Source of the DNA: the human T2T-CHM13v2.0 reference genome, Homo sapiens
Strand: one strand, 5' to 3'
Assembly: GCF_009914755.1 (NCBI RefSeq)
Contig: NC_060926.1
Length of the DNA: 64,000 nucleotides
Every line of letters begins with the position of its first letter. Within the stretch, counting starts at the first letter, position 1. Below are positions 26,890-42,512 of this stretch, one piece after another. Both the position numbers and the translations under genes were made by a program. The notes under the pieces were generated by a model that worked only from the letters and a program-made list of their open reading frames with translations, had not been told where the DNA came from and did not search any database.

Positions 26890-27390
26890 AAATATTTATT
26901 GAGAGTCTAACTAGAATTAAGATACTGAGTCAAGCACTGAGGTATCCACAGATATGAATCAGACTGGAAATCTACCTTGACAGAACTCAGAGTACAGTTA
27001 GAGGCATGTGTACATATATAACTGCCATGCCAAGTGTGTGAGGACAAGCTTAAACAGTCACCAGTAGACAGCCATGGATACTCAAGAGCAGAGAAGGGGT
27101 AGTTGCCATTTGGAGTGGGGTTTGAAGGTGTCTATGTGTATGGATGAAGGCATTTGAGAGTGACCGTGAAGTAAAGCTAAAAGGTGAGCCTACATCACTG
27201 GACAAAGGGAAATTCTAGACAGTGGTCATAGCATGAGTAAAAACAAAATAATGTTTGCGGTTCAGGGACTTACAAGTATGCTTAATTGGCCCAAGTATTA
27301 GGATGCAAGTGAAAGATTAAAAGGTTAGAAAAGAGGCTAGGGTCAAAAAATAGAAAACTTTGAGTATCTGGTAGGAGTGTTGACTTTTTC
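26890..27390. mobile_element. L2 remnant (approximate)
   Basis: 'aaatatttattgag...agcactgaggtatccacagatatgaatcagac' resembles the L2 3' end. Confidence 0.5.
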
Positions 27391-28305
27391 TTTTGATTGA
27401 CTAAATATGATACCTCTTTTTGCTTTCATTAAGCTTCCAAAACGACTCATTCAGAATAACTCAAGCTCTTTCCAGGGCCATCTTACTAACGGCATGGCAG
27501 AGTACTGACTTAGGCTGATGTTTTCTTTTCAATGCCTCTTGCATTGTTTCTCCTTTTCCCCTTGTTTTAGCTCACAGTCTTAGTCTGTGGGTACAGAGCC
27601 AAAGTTAGAGACAAATATCGACTAGCTTTCTTGGTGTCCAAATGAGTCAGGCCCGTTTGTCTCCTCTCTGGATATCTCATAAATACCATGTCAATGGAAC
27701 TCATTGGCCCAGTGAAAGGTAGAAGAACAGAGATTCTGAAAGGGGTCCAGGAACATGCTGTTCTCAGCATAGTAAAAGGCAGAGAAATGTGTGTTTAGAG
27801 AAAGCAAAACAAAATGCATTCGGTGTAGTTCACCTCATTGCTTTTGTTTCCCTTCCCAGAAGTGAATGATGTGATATTTTGCCAGCTTCAAATGCCTCCA
27901 ATCTGATTTTTGGTTAAAGCAAAAGCAAAAAGACATTTTTTTAACCAGAAAGAATAATGTCATATGAAAAACACTTAGCTGTTCCACATGTGGATAAAAA
28001 GCTTAATAAACGTCATTCTTTGCACATGAAAATTCAGAAGGTCACAGCGAAGGCACATAATAACCCCCCTCTGCTACAGGCGATCTCAATCTGGCTGCTT
28101 ATGGAAATCACCTGGGAGGACTTCAGACCTACTGAGCTGAGGCCTCGCATCTAGATTGGGTTAGTGAATTTTAACCCATATAGGATTATAAAGTCCAGCC
28201 AGAGTTAAAAGCCATTTAACCACCCAAAGCCTCTAGTTTACCTCCTGAGAAACCTCATAGAGTCATTAAGAGTTGAGCTCACATTGCTGATTTAAAGTAA
28301 AACTA

Positions 28306-28640
28306 GGCCCACCTCGGTGGCTCAAGCCTGTAATCCCAGCAGTTTAGGAGGCTGAGGTGGGCAGATCATCTGAGGTCAGGAATTCGAGACTAGCCTGGCC
28401 AACATGGTGAAACCCAGTTTCCACTAAAAAAAAAAAAAAAAAAAAAAAATTACCAGGTATGGTGGCACATCCCTGTAATCCCAGCTACTCACTTGGCAGG
28501 CTGAAGCAGGAGAATACTGGGAGGTGGAGGTTGCAGTGAGCTGAGATCATGCCATTGCACTCCAGCCTGGGTGACAAGAGTAAAACTCTGTCTCATAAAA
28601 AATAAAGAAAAGAAAATAAATAAAATAAACAAAACAAAAA
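28306..28640 (+). mobile_element. AluS (Sx-like), apparently inserted in a MIR remnant
   Basis: Dimeric Alu; 'gatcatctgaggtcaggaattcgag'; middle linker is a pure A run (28426-28449); patterned A tail; no clear TSD. Confidence 0.92.
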
Positions 28641-29072
28641 ATATCTGGGCCTAGAACATAGTTCACCAGAATCCAGGTGTTCTTTCTCCAGAGTTTGTTG
28701 TTTTCTCATACATCATGGAAAACAGGGGTTTAAAAAAATCTACTTATTTCTAACATTAAGTTCTCAGTTGAGAAAGTCAGACAACTTTTTATGTGTCAGC
28801 TACTGTTCAGCATAAAGGCAATGTAGCAGAAAACAAAACCCCTGCACTCAGTGAGTTAACACTAGTTAATGGAAAGGAGGAAAAGAGACTCACAACAAAC
28901 ATAAATAAGAAAGTGAGGACATAAATCAAGTGACATGGTTGTGTCTCCACATGTTAGGTGGTGAATTTGGGTAGCCTTTGTGCTAGGCACTGTGCTGGAT
29001 GCTTGATGCTTGCTAGACACTGAGGACACAGACATTCATAATAATTCCCTGACACCAAATAGTTGTACTTGA

Positions 29073-31559
<2,487 letters not shown>

Positions 31560-31779
31560 AAAATTGCCAGGAAATAAAGAAGAAAAGGAATTTCAAGCTG
31601 AAGGATCAGTTTGTACAATGGAATAAATTTATGAGAGAAAATAGTACCTTCAGAGGATTACAAATCAGTTCAATAGTACTGGAACAAATAATGGGAAGAG
31701 GCCACAGAAAAATAAACTTCAATCAAATAACAAATGACAATGTATGCTTTGCAAATGGATAAACTGCTTCTCTCCTATG

Positions 31780-31918
31780 AGAGTGTTTCTCAAACTATTC
31801 TGTGTTATGAATTATACGTGGGGAATTTTAAAAAACAAGATTACACATCTATCCCCAGTATTTCTACTCTAGTGTTTCTGATAATGTTCTGCACCATTTT
31901 GAGAAATACTGTTCTAGA
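31780..31918. mobile_element. MER5-like hAT MITE remnant
   Basis: Inverted termini 'agtgtttctcaaa' ... 'tttgagaaatact'. Confidence 0.55.
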
Positions 31919-31919
31919 T

Positions 31920-32450
31920 GATGGCAAAGTATTAAAGAAATTTAATGAGAGCAAAGCGTGATTGGATTTTCATATTGTAAAGATTAATGCTGGAAGAAGA
32001 ACAGAAGATGTATTGGGGACAGAATGATAGATTCAATAGGAAAGTTATGGCACTAGTATAAGAGGGAGATAATGAGGGCCTTACTAGGACAGCATTGGAA
32101 ATGAATAGGAGTAGTAAATAAGTATTTAAAATATTTAAAAACTATAATTATCAGATGACAGGACTTAGAAACAGCATTTATGTAAGTAAGTAGCAAAGAG
32201 GGTGGAGTATACAATTGCTTGCCGGCATCTGATTTGGGAAATTGGATGGAAGGTATTGTCAGAAAAAAGATGAGTTCAGACTTAAGCATGCCCATTTCTA
32301 AATGAGGATCCACTTCACCTGGGCTGTTAGTTGTACTCATCCGTCTGAATCTCAGGAGAGAAGGATGTTCAAAGACATTGATTTGAAAATTATCAACACA
32401 TATTTAACACTTGGATCTCATTAAGAAGATCAAGAAGTAATTATGAGAAG
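31920..32450. mobile_element. L2 remnant
   Basis: Degenerate L2 text that resumes at ~32930 beyond the L1 fragment. Confidence 0.45.
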
Positions 32451-32475
32451 GGAATTATGTTTTTGTGAGTATGAA

Positions 32476-32917
32476 TTTTTTTTAATATACTTTAAGTTCT
32501 GGGGTACATGTACAGAACATGCAGGTTTGTTACATAGGTATACATGTGCCATAGTGGTTTGGTGCAACCCTCAACCTGTCATCTACATTAGGTATTTCTC
32601 CAAATGCTATCCCTTGTCCCACCTCCCACCCCACAAGAGGCCCCGGTGTATGCTGTTCCGCTCCCTGTGTCCACGTGTTCTCATTATTCAACTCCCACTT
32701 ATGAGTGAGAACATGTTATGTTTGGATTTCTGTTCTTGTATTTGCTGAGAATGATGGTTTCCAGCTTCAATCATCCATGTCCCTGCAAAGGACACGAACT
32801 CATCCTTTTTTATGGCTGCATAGTATTCCATGGTGTATATGTGCCACATTTTCTTTATCCAGTCTATCATTGATGGGTATTTCGGTTGGTTCCAAGTCTT
32901 TGCTGTTGTGAACAGTG
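32476..32917 (-). mobile_element. Short L1PA (PA7/8-like) 3'-end insertion
   Basis: Poly-T, then 'tatactttaagttctggggtacatg...'; minus translation WIKKMWHIYTMEYYAAIKK. Confidence 0.92.
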
Positions 32918-33009
32918 GAGAGAATTTCAAGAAATAAGTGTGTACTTGTTATAAATGACCAAAGTTGATGAACAATTATTTTGAAGTCTACAATTTAAAA
33001 GTCATTGGT

Positions 33010-33307
33010 GGCTGGGTTTGGTGACTCACATCTCACCTGGTATAACCATCTCAGCACTTTGGGAGGCTGAGGCACGAGGATCTCTTGAGCCCAAGAATTT
33101 GAGACCAGCCTGGACAACATAGAGAGATCCCATCTCTAAAAAAATTAAATTAAATTAATTAGCCCAGTGTGGTGGCACACACCTGCAGTTCTAGTTACTT
33201 TGTTTACTAAAAGGGGAGGATGACTTGACCCAGGAGTTCAAGGCTGCATTGAGCTATGAGCATACCACTGCACTCCAATGTGGGTGACAGAGCAAGACCT
33301 TGTCTCT
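33010..33307 (+). mobile_element. AluJ-like element lacking its own A tail
   Basis: J-type text 'ggatctcttgagcccaagaatttgagacc' and 'caggagttcaaggctgcattgagctatga'; ends 'gaccttgtctct'. Confidence 0.9.
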
Positions 33308-33390
33308 GTTAACCCCCAATAACACAAATTTACCTATGTAACAAATCTATACTTGTATCCTTGAACTTAAAATAAAAGTTAAAAAGAAAA
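33308..33390 (+). mobile_element. Extreme 3' end of an older L1 (L1PA13-16/L1PB type) fused to the Alu
   Basis: 'aacccccaataacacaaatttacctatgtaacaaatctatacttgtatccttgaacttaaaataaaagttaaaaa'. Confidence 0.8.
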
Positions 33391-33606
33391 CACTAAGCAA
33401 AATAATGGTTATGTATAATGCACAGAATAAAGGAAACTGTTATTTATACCTAAAAAATAAAGAGAATCCTGAAAAAAAATTTTAAGTCATTGGTGAACTT
33501 AGTGAGAAAGTGAAGGGGTAACCAAAATTTTATGAATTGGCACTGATAGGGAAGATTAGAGGCAGTGTCAACAAATATGATAGGTCAATAACTAGGAATG
33601 TGGGCT

Positions 33607-33625
33607 TCTCTCTCTTCTCTCTCTG

Positions 33626-33673
<48 letters not shown>

Positions 33674-33698
33674 GACAGACACACACACATACACACAC
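33607..33698 (+). repeat. Compound (TC)n(AC)n microsatellite
   Basis: Direct reading. Confidence 0.95.
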
Positions 33699-34316
33699 TG
33701 TTGCTTTTTATAAAAATTCATTTTTCTTTCTATACATGTGACAAACTGAAATGTGAAGAATGCAAGTAGTATGAAGAAAAGAAATATAGAATAATGAAGA
33801 TTATAATATAATAGAATAGTAAATACTTGTGTAAAAAATTAAGGGACTCACAAAACTTGTTCGATGTCCTTTAAAAGAAGGAAGTCACTAATATGAAGGC
33901 TTATTTTCAAGGCGAATCTCTCCAATTTCTTTTCCTAAGCAAATAAACACAAAACAATCCTTGTTGATTTCAGACATACAAACAGACGCCTTCCACAATT
34001 TTTTGTAGAAGTATCAGACACTTTTAGAGAAGGAAAAATAATTTGGAATTATTTACTTCAAATATCTCAGGAAGAACAAACATAAATATTCAGAATGTCT
34101 TTAGAACATTAATGTCTAAGCCTCCATAAACTTTAGCGTGATATTTTTTCACATCTTAACTCTCTGGTTCACTGTGATATACTTCAGCAAGCTTTACTTT
34201 TATATATGAATCATTCCAATTTCTGCTTGACGATAGGGATAAATTTAGCTTATGCATTTTCTAACATATCTTTATATTTTAATAATAGATATTATATCCT
34301 AAAAGGACTTATGAAA

Positions 34317-34615
34317 CTGTTATTCAATAGAAATGTACAGTTTTAATTTTAAATTTTCTAGTAGACATATTAAAAAGGCAAAAGCACATTAAAATCAAGG
34401 CAAAACTAATTTTAATAATGTTTTATCACAATGTCCAAAATATTATTTCAATGTGAAATATATATAAAATTATTACTGAGATATTTTACATTATCTTTTC
34501 TTCAAAATCTTTAGCACTGATGTGTATTTTGCACTCACAGCACACATCAATTCAGGTTACTCACATTTTCAGTCCTCAGTAGGTACTTTTGGCTAATTGC
34601 TGCCATATTGGGTAC
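34317..34615. mobile_element. MER33-like hAT DNA transposon fossil
   Basis: 'aattttaaattttctagtagacatattaaaaa...tgtgtattttgcactcacagcacacatcaattc...gctgccatattgg'. Confidence 0.75.
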
Positions 34616-35834
34616 TGAAAAGTTAGAGTATTTACTATACAGACTGTGTCTTTTGTGTATAACCCAAACTAAATCTTAAAATTACATAGTTAATTTTCAA
34701 CCAAGGTGCACTTTTTTTCTGTTATTTTACTGTAAAATACTTTAGTGTGAGTAGCTGATGTGAGAAGTTTAGTCTTCAAAAAACCATTAATTTTTACAAA
34801 ACAATTATTTAGCACCTATGATGTGTCATTCTCTAGTTGAGAGTTTGAAATACACAGATAAATAACACAGCTATGTCTACAAAAAAACACCCATTCTAGC
34901 AATGAAGAAAATCCTATGCATAATATTTGTTTCCTATGGGGAAAATTTAAGATGGCATTTAGTAAGTCATTGCTTCCAAAAAGAAAAATGAGCAGTCTAG
35001 GCCCAAGTGCTCTGGATATTCAGCAAAGAAGAGGCTCAGATTTGGCAAGACTTAGAATAATGTTTGTGAAAGTGACAGACCTTGAATGAAGACTTAAGGT
35101 ATGAGTGAGATGAGGTTTGACAGAAAATTTTAACAAAACTAATAAAATCATGAAAATGAGGGTAAAATGTCATGGAATAGGAACAGGAAAACAATCAAAT
35201 GCATGGAGTCACAGGTTAATGAAAGAAAAGTATGATATAAAAATTGGTAGGGCTTGGACAAAGCAGGCATTTTTCCTTGCCTTGAATGGAAACATATTGT
35301 GGTACTGTTCATGAAAGACTATTTAGAAAATTATAATGTGGAAATTTTCATGCACTGGTTGCCTTGAATAAACCCTTGATGGAAAAATCTCATGCCAAAG
35401 GCAATATATTTTAAAGGAAATAAAAACCTTTCAGGACTGTGGAGGCAGCAGGAGGCAATTCCATATTTGTTCCATCTCCTTTGGTTTTATCTTATTGTAT
35501 GAAGATAAGCTAGAGATATTAGAATAATTTTTCATAGTGTCAACTCTCTAGAGGGCAAGTTGTCACTTTATACCAAGACTTGAAAAATTGTTCTTAACTT
35601 TTTATTAAACATTTCCACTTCTAGAATTTTATAAAATAACCAGAGAGCTCCACATTGAAGGCTACATGGAGATATCAATGGCATTTATAAAAATAACAAA
35701 TTTTAAACAATGTCTAACATGTAGTTATTAGTTAAATATATTTTGTTCCACTAATACTATGTGCTGTTTTGAAAATAAACATAATAGTTTTAAGGATTGT
35801 TGGATTATATGGGTATTTACTCATGATTTAATTC

Positions 35835-36770
35835 TTAACTTTTATTGAAATATAAGCACATAAAATTACACATAAGGACACAACTGAAAGAATTTTTGCA
35901 TCATTAAAACACTCATGTAACCAATATGTAAATCAATAAAGAAATATCAGCTCACCAGATGCTCCATTTACCCTCACTTCTAATAGCATAGATTAGGTTT
36001 TTCTTCTTTTTAAAGATTTTCTAACTTCAATCATACAGAATGTCCTCTTTTGTGTCTGATGTTTTGCTAAATATTACGTTTGGCAGACTTAATCCAAATT
36101 GTTTAATGTATTTACTTTCGCAATTATCATTGCTGTGTAGTTTTCTAGTATATGAACATGCAAAACCTTATTTATTCATTCTACTATTGAAGGATTTTCA
36201 AGACATTTTAAGTTTAAGCTATTATAAATAATGCTGTAAGGAACTTGTTTTTCATCTATTTAATTTTTTTTTTCATGAGCTATATGCATGTGTTCTATTC
36301 CTCTGGTTATTGCATTTATGAATAGAAATGAAATTGCTAAGTCATAGGATATGAAAAGATACAACTTCTGTAGCAATTGACAAAAGTTTTTCAAAGCACT
36401 TGTACCAATGTTATTCTCAGCAGCAGTGACTGAAAATCCTGGTTGTTCCATATCCTTGATATACATTTGATATTAGCTGAATCTTTAAGTGATTTTGGTG
36501 AGTAGGAAATAGTATTGAATTTGGTTTTATTTTGAATTTCCCCTGATGGCTAATGAAGTTGATTACCTTTTTAATAATTCTGTTAGCTGCTGTAAAATCA
36601 ATCATGTGAAATCTCTGTTCAAGTCCATTGCCCATTTTTCTTCTGAAGTGTCTGCTTATTATTTTTTACTAATTTATATATTCTGAATATGAGTGTTTTA
36701 TTGGATACATGCATTACAATTATTTTTCTTCTTGGGTTTCTCTTTTCACTTTAATGATATTCTTTTGCAT
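35835..36770 (-). mobile_element. Ancient L1M (MB-ME) 3' region
   Basis: Antisense L1 3' text 'ctttattgaaatataa...gaaattgctaagtcatagg...ctgttcaagtccattgcccatttt'. Confidence 0.7.
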
Positions 36771-37009
36771 CAATTACACAGGTTTGGATGATTGAAAATA
36801 CAAGACATTTGCAGGTGTTCATTTAAGGCTTTAATAAAAGTAAAGGTTATGGTAGCATAGAGAAAGAAAGCACAGGCAAACATTGGAGTCCCAAGAAACT
36901 TCCAGATGCAGCTCCTCAGGATCCTTTCTGAGTCACACAGGATATACTTTGTCTTCAGATTATAAACCCCTAATATGCTGAGGAAATGTGTGAAGTGCCA
37001 AGTTCTATC

Positions 37010-38830
37010 CTCAGAGCTATAAATACCGCATTGATCAAAACAAAGTCCTTACCTTTATGGAGCTTATTTATAAGCTGGATGGTAAAAAAGAAACAAATAT
37101 ATTAAAAAATATACAAATTTTCAGATAGTGATATGTACAGTTGACTAAGAAAAATGTAAGCCACTGTGAATAGGACATATTTGCTGTGGTGGGATGAGGT
37201 GCAAGGAATAAAAGGAAATTCTTTGATAACACGATGTTTGTATAGAGACCTTAATAAAATGACAGAACAGACAATACAGTTATATGTGGGAAGACTTCTT
37301 CAGGAAGAATAATTAGAAAGTGCAAATATTCATGAAAGAGCATGCATGGATTTTTCAAGAAAAACAAGTCTGGTGAGTATAGAATGAGCTGGGGTGGGGT
37401 GAGGTTGGGGAAAGTCATAAGAGATAAGCAAGTGTGGAGAGATAGCAAAGATCTAGATCACAGTAGTCATGGTAACAGCTAATTGAGACGGAAAAATCAT
37501 CGTAGTGTAGTTAACAGAGGAGTGACATGATCAGACATATGTTTTTGAAAAGAGTACTGTGGCTGCTGTTTTGAGAATAGATTTTGGGAGGGCAATGGTG
37601 GGAACAAATTATCAGCCTAGGATGTTTCAGCGATATTTCTGAGAGAGATAATGGTCTTTGAGATCTGGTAATAGTGGTACAGATATGTTTTAAAGATAGG
37701 TCACTTATGGTTTAATGATTTATTAGAATCACTTAAGAGAAGAGTCAGTCAGTAATGACTCCTAGGTTATGCTGTGTGTCACCGTTACTGACAGCATGGA
37801 GTTACCATTTCCTGAGATGGGAAAGACTGTGGGATGAAAATCTTTTAGGAAAAATGGGCTAGTTGGTGGAAATTAAGAGAGCAATTAGGGGTATGTTAAA
37901 TTTGAGATGCCCTTTAGTCATTCAATTGACAGTGTGAACAGAAAGTTGGACATACAAGTTTTAAGTTTATAAATTTGGAAATGAGTCTTTACTATGTGGA
38001 ATTTAAAGGTATAAGACTATGTAAGAACACCCACAGAGTAAGGAGAGAGAAGAGAGAGAAGCAGTCTCTGGTCTGAACCCTGGGGCATTCTGGTTTAAAA
38101 AACGAGTAGATAAGAAGAAACCGGTAACACTGAGAAAATCAGGAGGCAGGAGGAGGAGGAGAAGGAGGAGGAGGAGAGAGAGAAAAAGAGACAGTGTCAG
38201 CCAGGCGATGTGGCTCAAGCCTGTAATCCTAACACTTTCGGAGGCCAAGGTGGGCAGATAACGAGATCAGGAGTTCCAGACCAACCTGGCCAATATGGTA
38301 AAACCCCGTTTCTACTAAAAATACAAAAATTAGCTGGGCGTGGTGGCCTGTGCTTGTAATCTCATCTACTTGGGAGGCTGAGGCAGGAGGATTGCTTGAA
38401 CCTGGGAAGCAGAGGTTGCAGTGAGCCAAGACTGTGTCACTGTACTCCAGCCGGGGTGACAGAGAGAGGTTCTATCTAAAAAAATTAAAAGAAAAAAGAA
38501 AACAAAAAGAGACAGTGTCTGTGTGTGACAGAAACAGACAGATAAAGCTAATCAAAGAAAGTATATCAAGAAAGATGACATGACCAACTGCATGAAATGC
38601 TTTTGATAGACTGAGTAAAAGCTGGGAACTGACCATTGGCTTTGGCAATCTGAGCAATTAGAAACAGGGACTCCTTCAAGTGTGAGGGCAAAACATTGAC
38701 TGGAATGAGTGCAAGAGAAATGGAGGAGAGGCACTGAAGACTTCATAGAAACATTTCTTTTGATTTGTTTTGCTGTAAAGAGGAGCAGATCTATAGGGCA
38801 GTAACTGGAATGGATGTGGAGCCCATGAAT
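37010..38830. mobile_element. L2 fragment interrupted by an Alu
   Basis: Extended L2-like sequence ('gtccttacctttatggagctta', 'gttaaatttgagatgccc', 'gaactgaccattggctttggcaa') on both sides of the Alu. Confidence 0.65.
38199..38503 (+). mobile_element. AluS (Sg-like) with a perfect 16-bp TSD
   Basis: TSD AAAAAGAGACAGTGTC at 38183-38198 and 38504-38519; 'gataacgagatcaggagttc' shows the 2-nt-shorter left-arm variant. Confidence 0.93.
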
Positions 38831-39546
38831 GATCCCTTAGAGGGTACACAATTTTGTATAAGAGAGAGATAGTGGGATCAATGAAGTAAACTAGAAATAT
38901 CAGTAAGCCGAGTCTGAAGACCAATTTTTTATAAACAGATAGATTTGTTTGGTTGAGTGAATTTGTTCTCACATTTATTACTGCACACCAAGGCCTGAAA
39001 ATTCTTTCAAATATATGCCTCTGATTACATCTCAAGTGGCTCACAAATGCATTGCTGGCTCAGGACAAAACCATCAAGGCAACCACAATTATTAAAAAAA
39101 GAAAAGAACAATTCTTGGTGTATGTGTGCTTCTCAGCAATTTGAGTTAGAAAATAAAGCATTAACTCATGTAGGTAAAATGATATTAAGTCTGTTTTTAA
39201 ACTTTGTTGGCCTATAGAAGTTAGGTATTTGTTGAATACCTCTTCTTCAAGATAATACAGACACTTTAGGAAATAACATCTGCCTTTGACTGAGATTTCT
39301 GTCTACACCAGGGACATGTAAAATTTTCTGGTAAAAACATTTTAAATTTTAGTTCACATAAGAGTCAGAAAAGTTAAAGTAATTAAGGAGTGAATAACTT
39401 TTGTTATATTATCAAAAATAGAATTTTCACTAACGGTTCTCTAATTGACACAAGTTACCTTTTCTGCTTTAAATGCATGGAGAAAAATAGATGAAGAAAA
39501 ATCTGAGAACTAGGAGGTTTAATTGAAGAGTAAAAAAGTCCTACCA

Positions 39547-39788
39547 CTCTCTAGGAGCTAAGCTATGAGGATGCAAAGGCATAAGAATGATACAATGGAC
39601 TATGGGGACTCAGGGGAAAGGACGGAAGCAGGGTGAAGGATAAAAGAATACACACTGGGTACAGTGTACACTGCTCACGTGTTGGGTGCACCAAAATCTC
39701 AGAAACCACCACTAAAGAATTTATTCATGTAACCAAACATCACCTGTTTCCCAAAAACCTATTGAAATAAAAAAAAAAAGAAAGAAAG
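39547..39788 (+). mobile_element. Short L1PB1-like 3'-end insertion
   Basis: 'ggagctaagctatgaggatgcaaaggcataagaatgatacaatggac...aaaaacctattgaaataaaaaa'; TSD AAAAGTCCT(A/G)CCA at 39534-39546 and 39789-39801. Confidence 0.88.
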
Positions 39789-41617
39789 AAAAGTCCTGCC
39801 AATGTAATGTACCAGGTAAGCTATACATGTATAAATGTAAGAATTGACCTGCATTACCTTTACACTAACCGAAATTCATGAAATTTCCTAGGTATAATTT
39901 ATATAATATTAATATTTACATTAATTTAGTGCAAATTGGGACTGTATTTTTCTTTAAATGTTCTCCCTTATACAGAAGGTGTTTTAAAAAATGATTCTGA
40001 AGTCATCATGTTTTTATCTTTTTCTCATTGGGATACAATTTCTCTGGCTTTTATCCATTTTGTTGTCTTCCACAATTCTACTGGATGTACATGACTTTTC
40101 CTACCTGTCATGTCTTATAATTTTTATTAGTTAACATTTCATGGAAACATAGATATTTCTTCCTTTTTGTTTCTTTTACGTGTATTACATTTTATTACAG
40201 AGTTTTGATTTTAATGTTGCTACATTTAATACTTTGAACAAAACATTTTATTTAAAGGATAATATGATGAGGTGTGTGAATGGCTCTGATCTCTCAAATT
40301 TTTAACATCTTTGGAAGAAATGTAGTCACTAACAGGGTGATTACCACCATGCACTTGGTGAATGATTAATTCGGATTGTAAACAGAGGACCAAAAGGGAA
40401 ATAAGTGAAAAAGTCACCTATAAGTATATCAAGACAGTAATTAAAAAGTGATTCCCTTTTCTCTAGTCACCAACACAGTTTCTGCCTCACTAAAGTGGGT
40501 CTCCATGTCCTGTATTACTTATTTTTAGCATTTCTCATGGTTGTTGGTTGTATACTTTTAAAAATGCAACATTATATAAACTTCATTGGGATTATGGAAT
40601 TAAATCAAATCAAAGAGTTGAATATATCTTGTCTACAGGACAATTCCAATGACTACAATTTTGGGGTCATATCTATAAGGCTAAAAACTTTCATCTATTT
40701 TTCCTTTGCATTTGTTTATCTGTCCATGGAAACACACATTTTTCAAAATTTAATGGAAATGTAATCTGTTCCAGGCGCTGTTCTAAGTCTTAGAGGTACA
40801 GCCAGTGACAAAACAGACACATGTCTATGCCTGCATGAAGCATATATTCTAGGGTGAAGGCTATAGAATAAAAATGGTCAAATAAGTTAAAATACAATAT
40901 GTCATGAGTGATAAGTACTACGGGAGGGGAGAGAAAAAAGGAGTCTCATACCAGGCACAGATGGGTATTTTCTCCAGTGTGCTTAGAAACAAATGAGAAA
41001 TAGACAACAGGTAATGAACAATAACCTGAGATTAGTCCAGATATCCTCCAAATGCAGGGTAGAGGCCAGGATGGAAGTGCTGTGGGAAAGGAAAGGGTAA
41101 CTATTTTGCCAGCAAGTTGCAGAGTTTCTCTCTGCCCAGAGATACAGAGGCCAGGAAGATGTTCTACTCAGAGCACAAAGAGTTTCTCACGTCCCTCTTG
41201 ACTCCTATGAGGGAAAATAGAAGGAAGAACAATACATTTTCTAGCATCCAGGCTATTTTCACTTCATTTCTATAATCCAACTTTTCTACTATTTTCTGTT
41301 CTGTTCCATGTGTGCATAAGAGTTTATCCCCCTGCCCTAAATTCTTCTGAAATCTTAGAGCTCTAGGGACAGATGAGTTTTGGATTTTTAGGTGAAATGT
41401 ATATAGTGCAATCAAAATCCCCAGATTAAAATCTCTAAGGAGGAAATTTATCAGTCACTGAAGAAAGAAGAGTCTGAAGAATAAATCAGATGGAGAAAGC
41501 ATTTAGAAAACCATCAATACTGTTTATAAAGGAGTGCTGCGGTTTTGAAAGAGACAGTGTTAGTTATACACGTACAAAATATTTCCTGCTCCTCACTTTC
41601 CCGGCTCATAATGCAGG

Positions 41618-42512
41618 TTCTGGTTTTCCATTGCTGCATAGAGAACCACCTTAAAAGTTAGTTGAGTAAACCAACAAAAATTTCATTATATTTTCTATTA
41701 TGTGGGTCATACATGAGGCAGTACAGTGGGGACGGCTCATGTTGGCTCTGTGATAACTGGTGCCTCCTCACTTGTGGTGGCTTCAGTGTTCAGTTACAGA
41801 TATGATGAGTTGACTGGAGCCACATCTCTGAGGCCTTGGATCAGGCTGTTGGATGTACTGTTCAGTTTTCCATGTTATGTCTGCTGGCTAGGCAACCCTC
41901 TCCATGCATCTTCCCCATGTGTCTCCATTCGACTTTCTCATACCATGGCAGTACTGGGGAAGTCACAAATCTTACATAGCAACTGCTCTGATGTGAGCAT
42001 TCCAAGAGTAGAAAGTGGAGGTTGCCAGTCTCTTAAAAGTGATGCCTGGAAATTAGTGCTGATCATTTTCTTTTATTCTCTTGGTAAAACTAGTTACTAA
42101 GCCTGCCTAAATTCAAGGGGTGAGACTATAGAAATAATCTGTCAAGTAGAGGATTGACAAGGAATTCATAGCCACATGAAGACTACAATTTTTGACCCCC
42201 TGGTAGTTAGGTAGGTCTTTGTGAGCAGTTCTAATCAGAGTTATTTGCAGAAAGCCTGTACAGCTTGCAGGCGAGGGCATTTATTCTCCATTCAGTAACC
42301 TTCACATATTTCTTTCCCTTAGACACAGAGCGTGATAATATTTGAGATCTTAAACTGAGTTCCATTGCAAGTGAAGAAAGATGGAGCATAGGCCCCAGCC
42401 AACATAAAATGGATGTGTGGCATGAGTGAAATATAAACCTTATTAATTTAGGGAATTAAGATTTTGAAGTTGTTTCTAAGTGTACAACAACCTAATCCAT
42501 CTGATTGATACA
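41618..42512. mobile_element. Two adjacent old MLT1-type LTR remnants (~41618-42180 and ~42190-42512)
   Basis: 'ttttccattgctgcatagagaaccacc', 'aagcctgcctaaattcaagggg', and terminal 'cctaatccatctgattgataca'. Confidence 0.6.
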
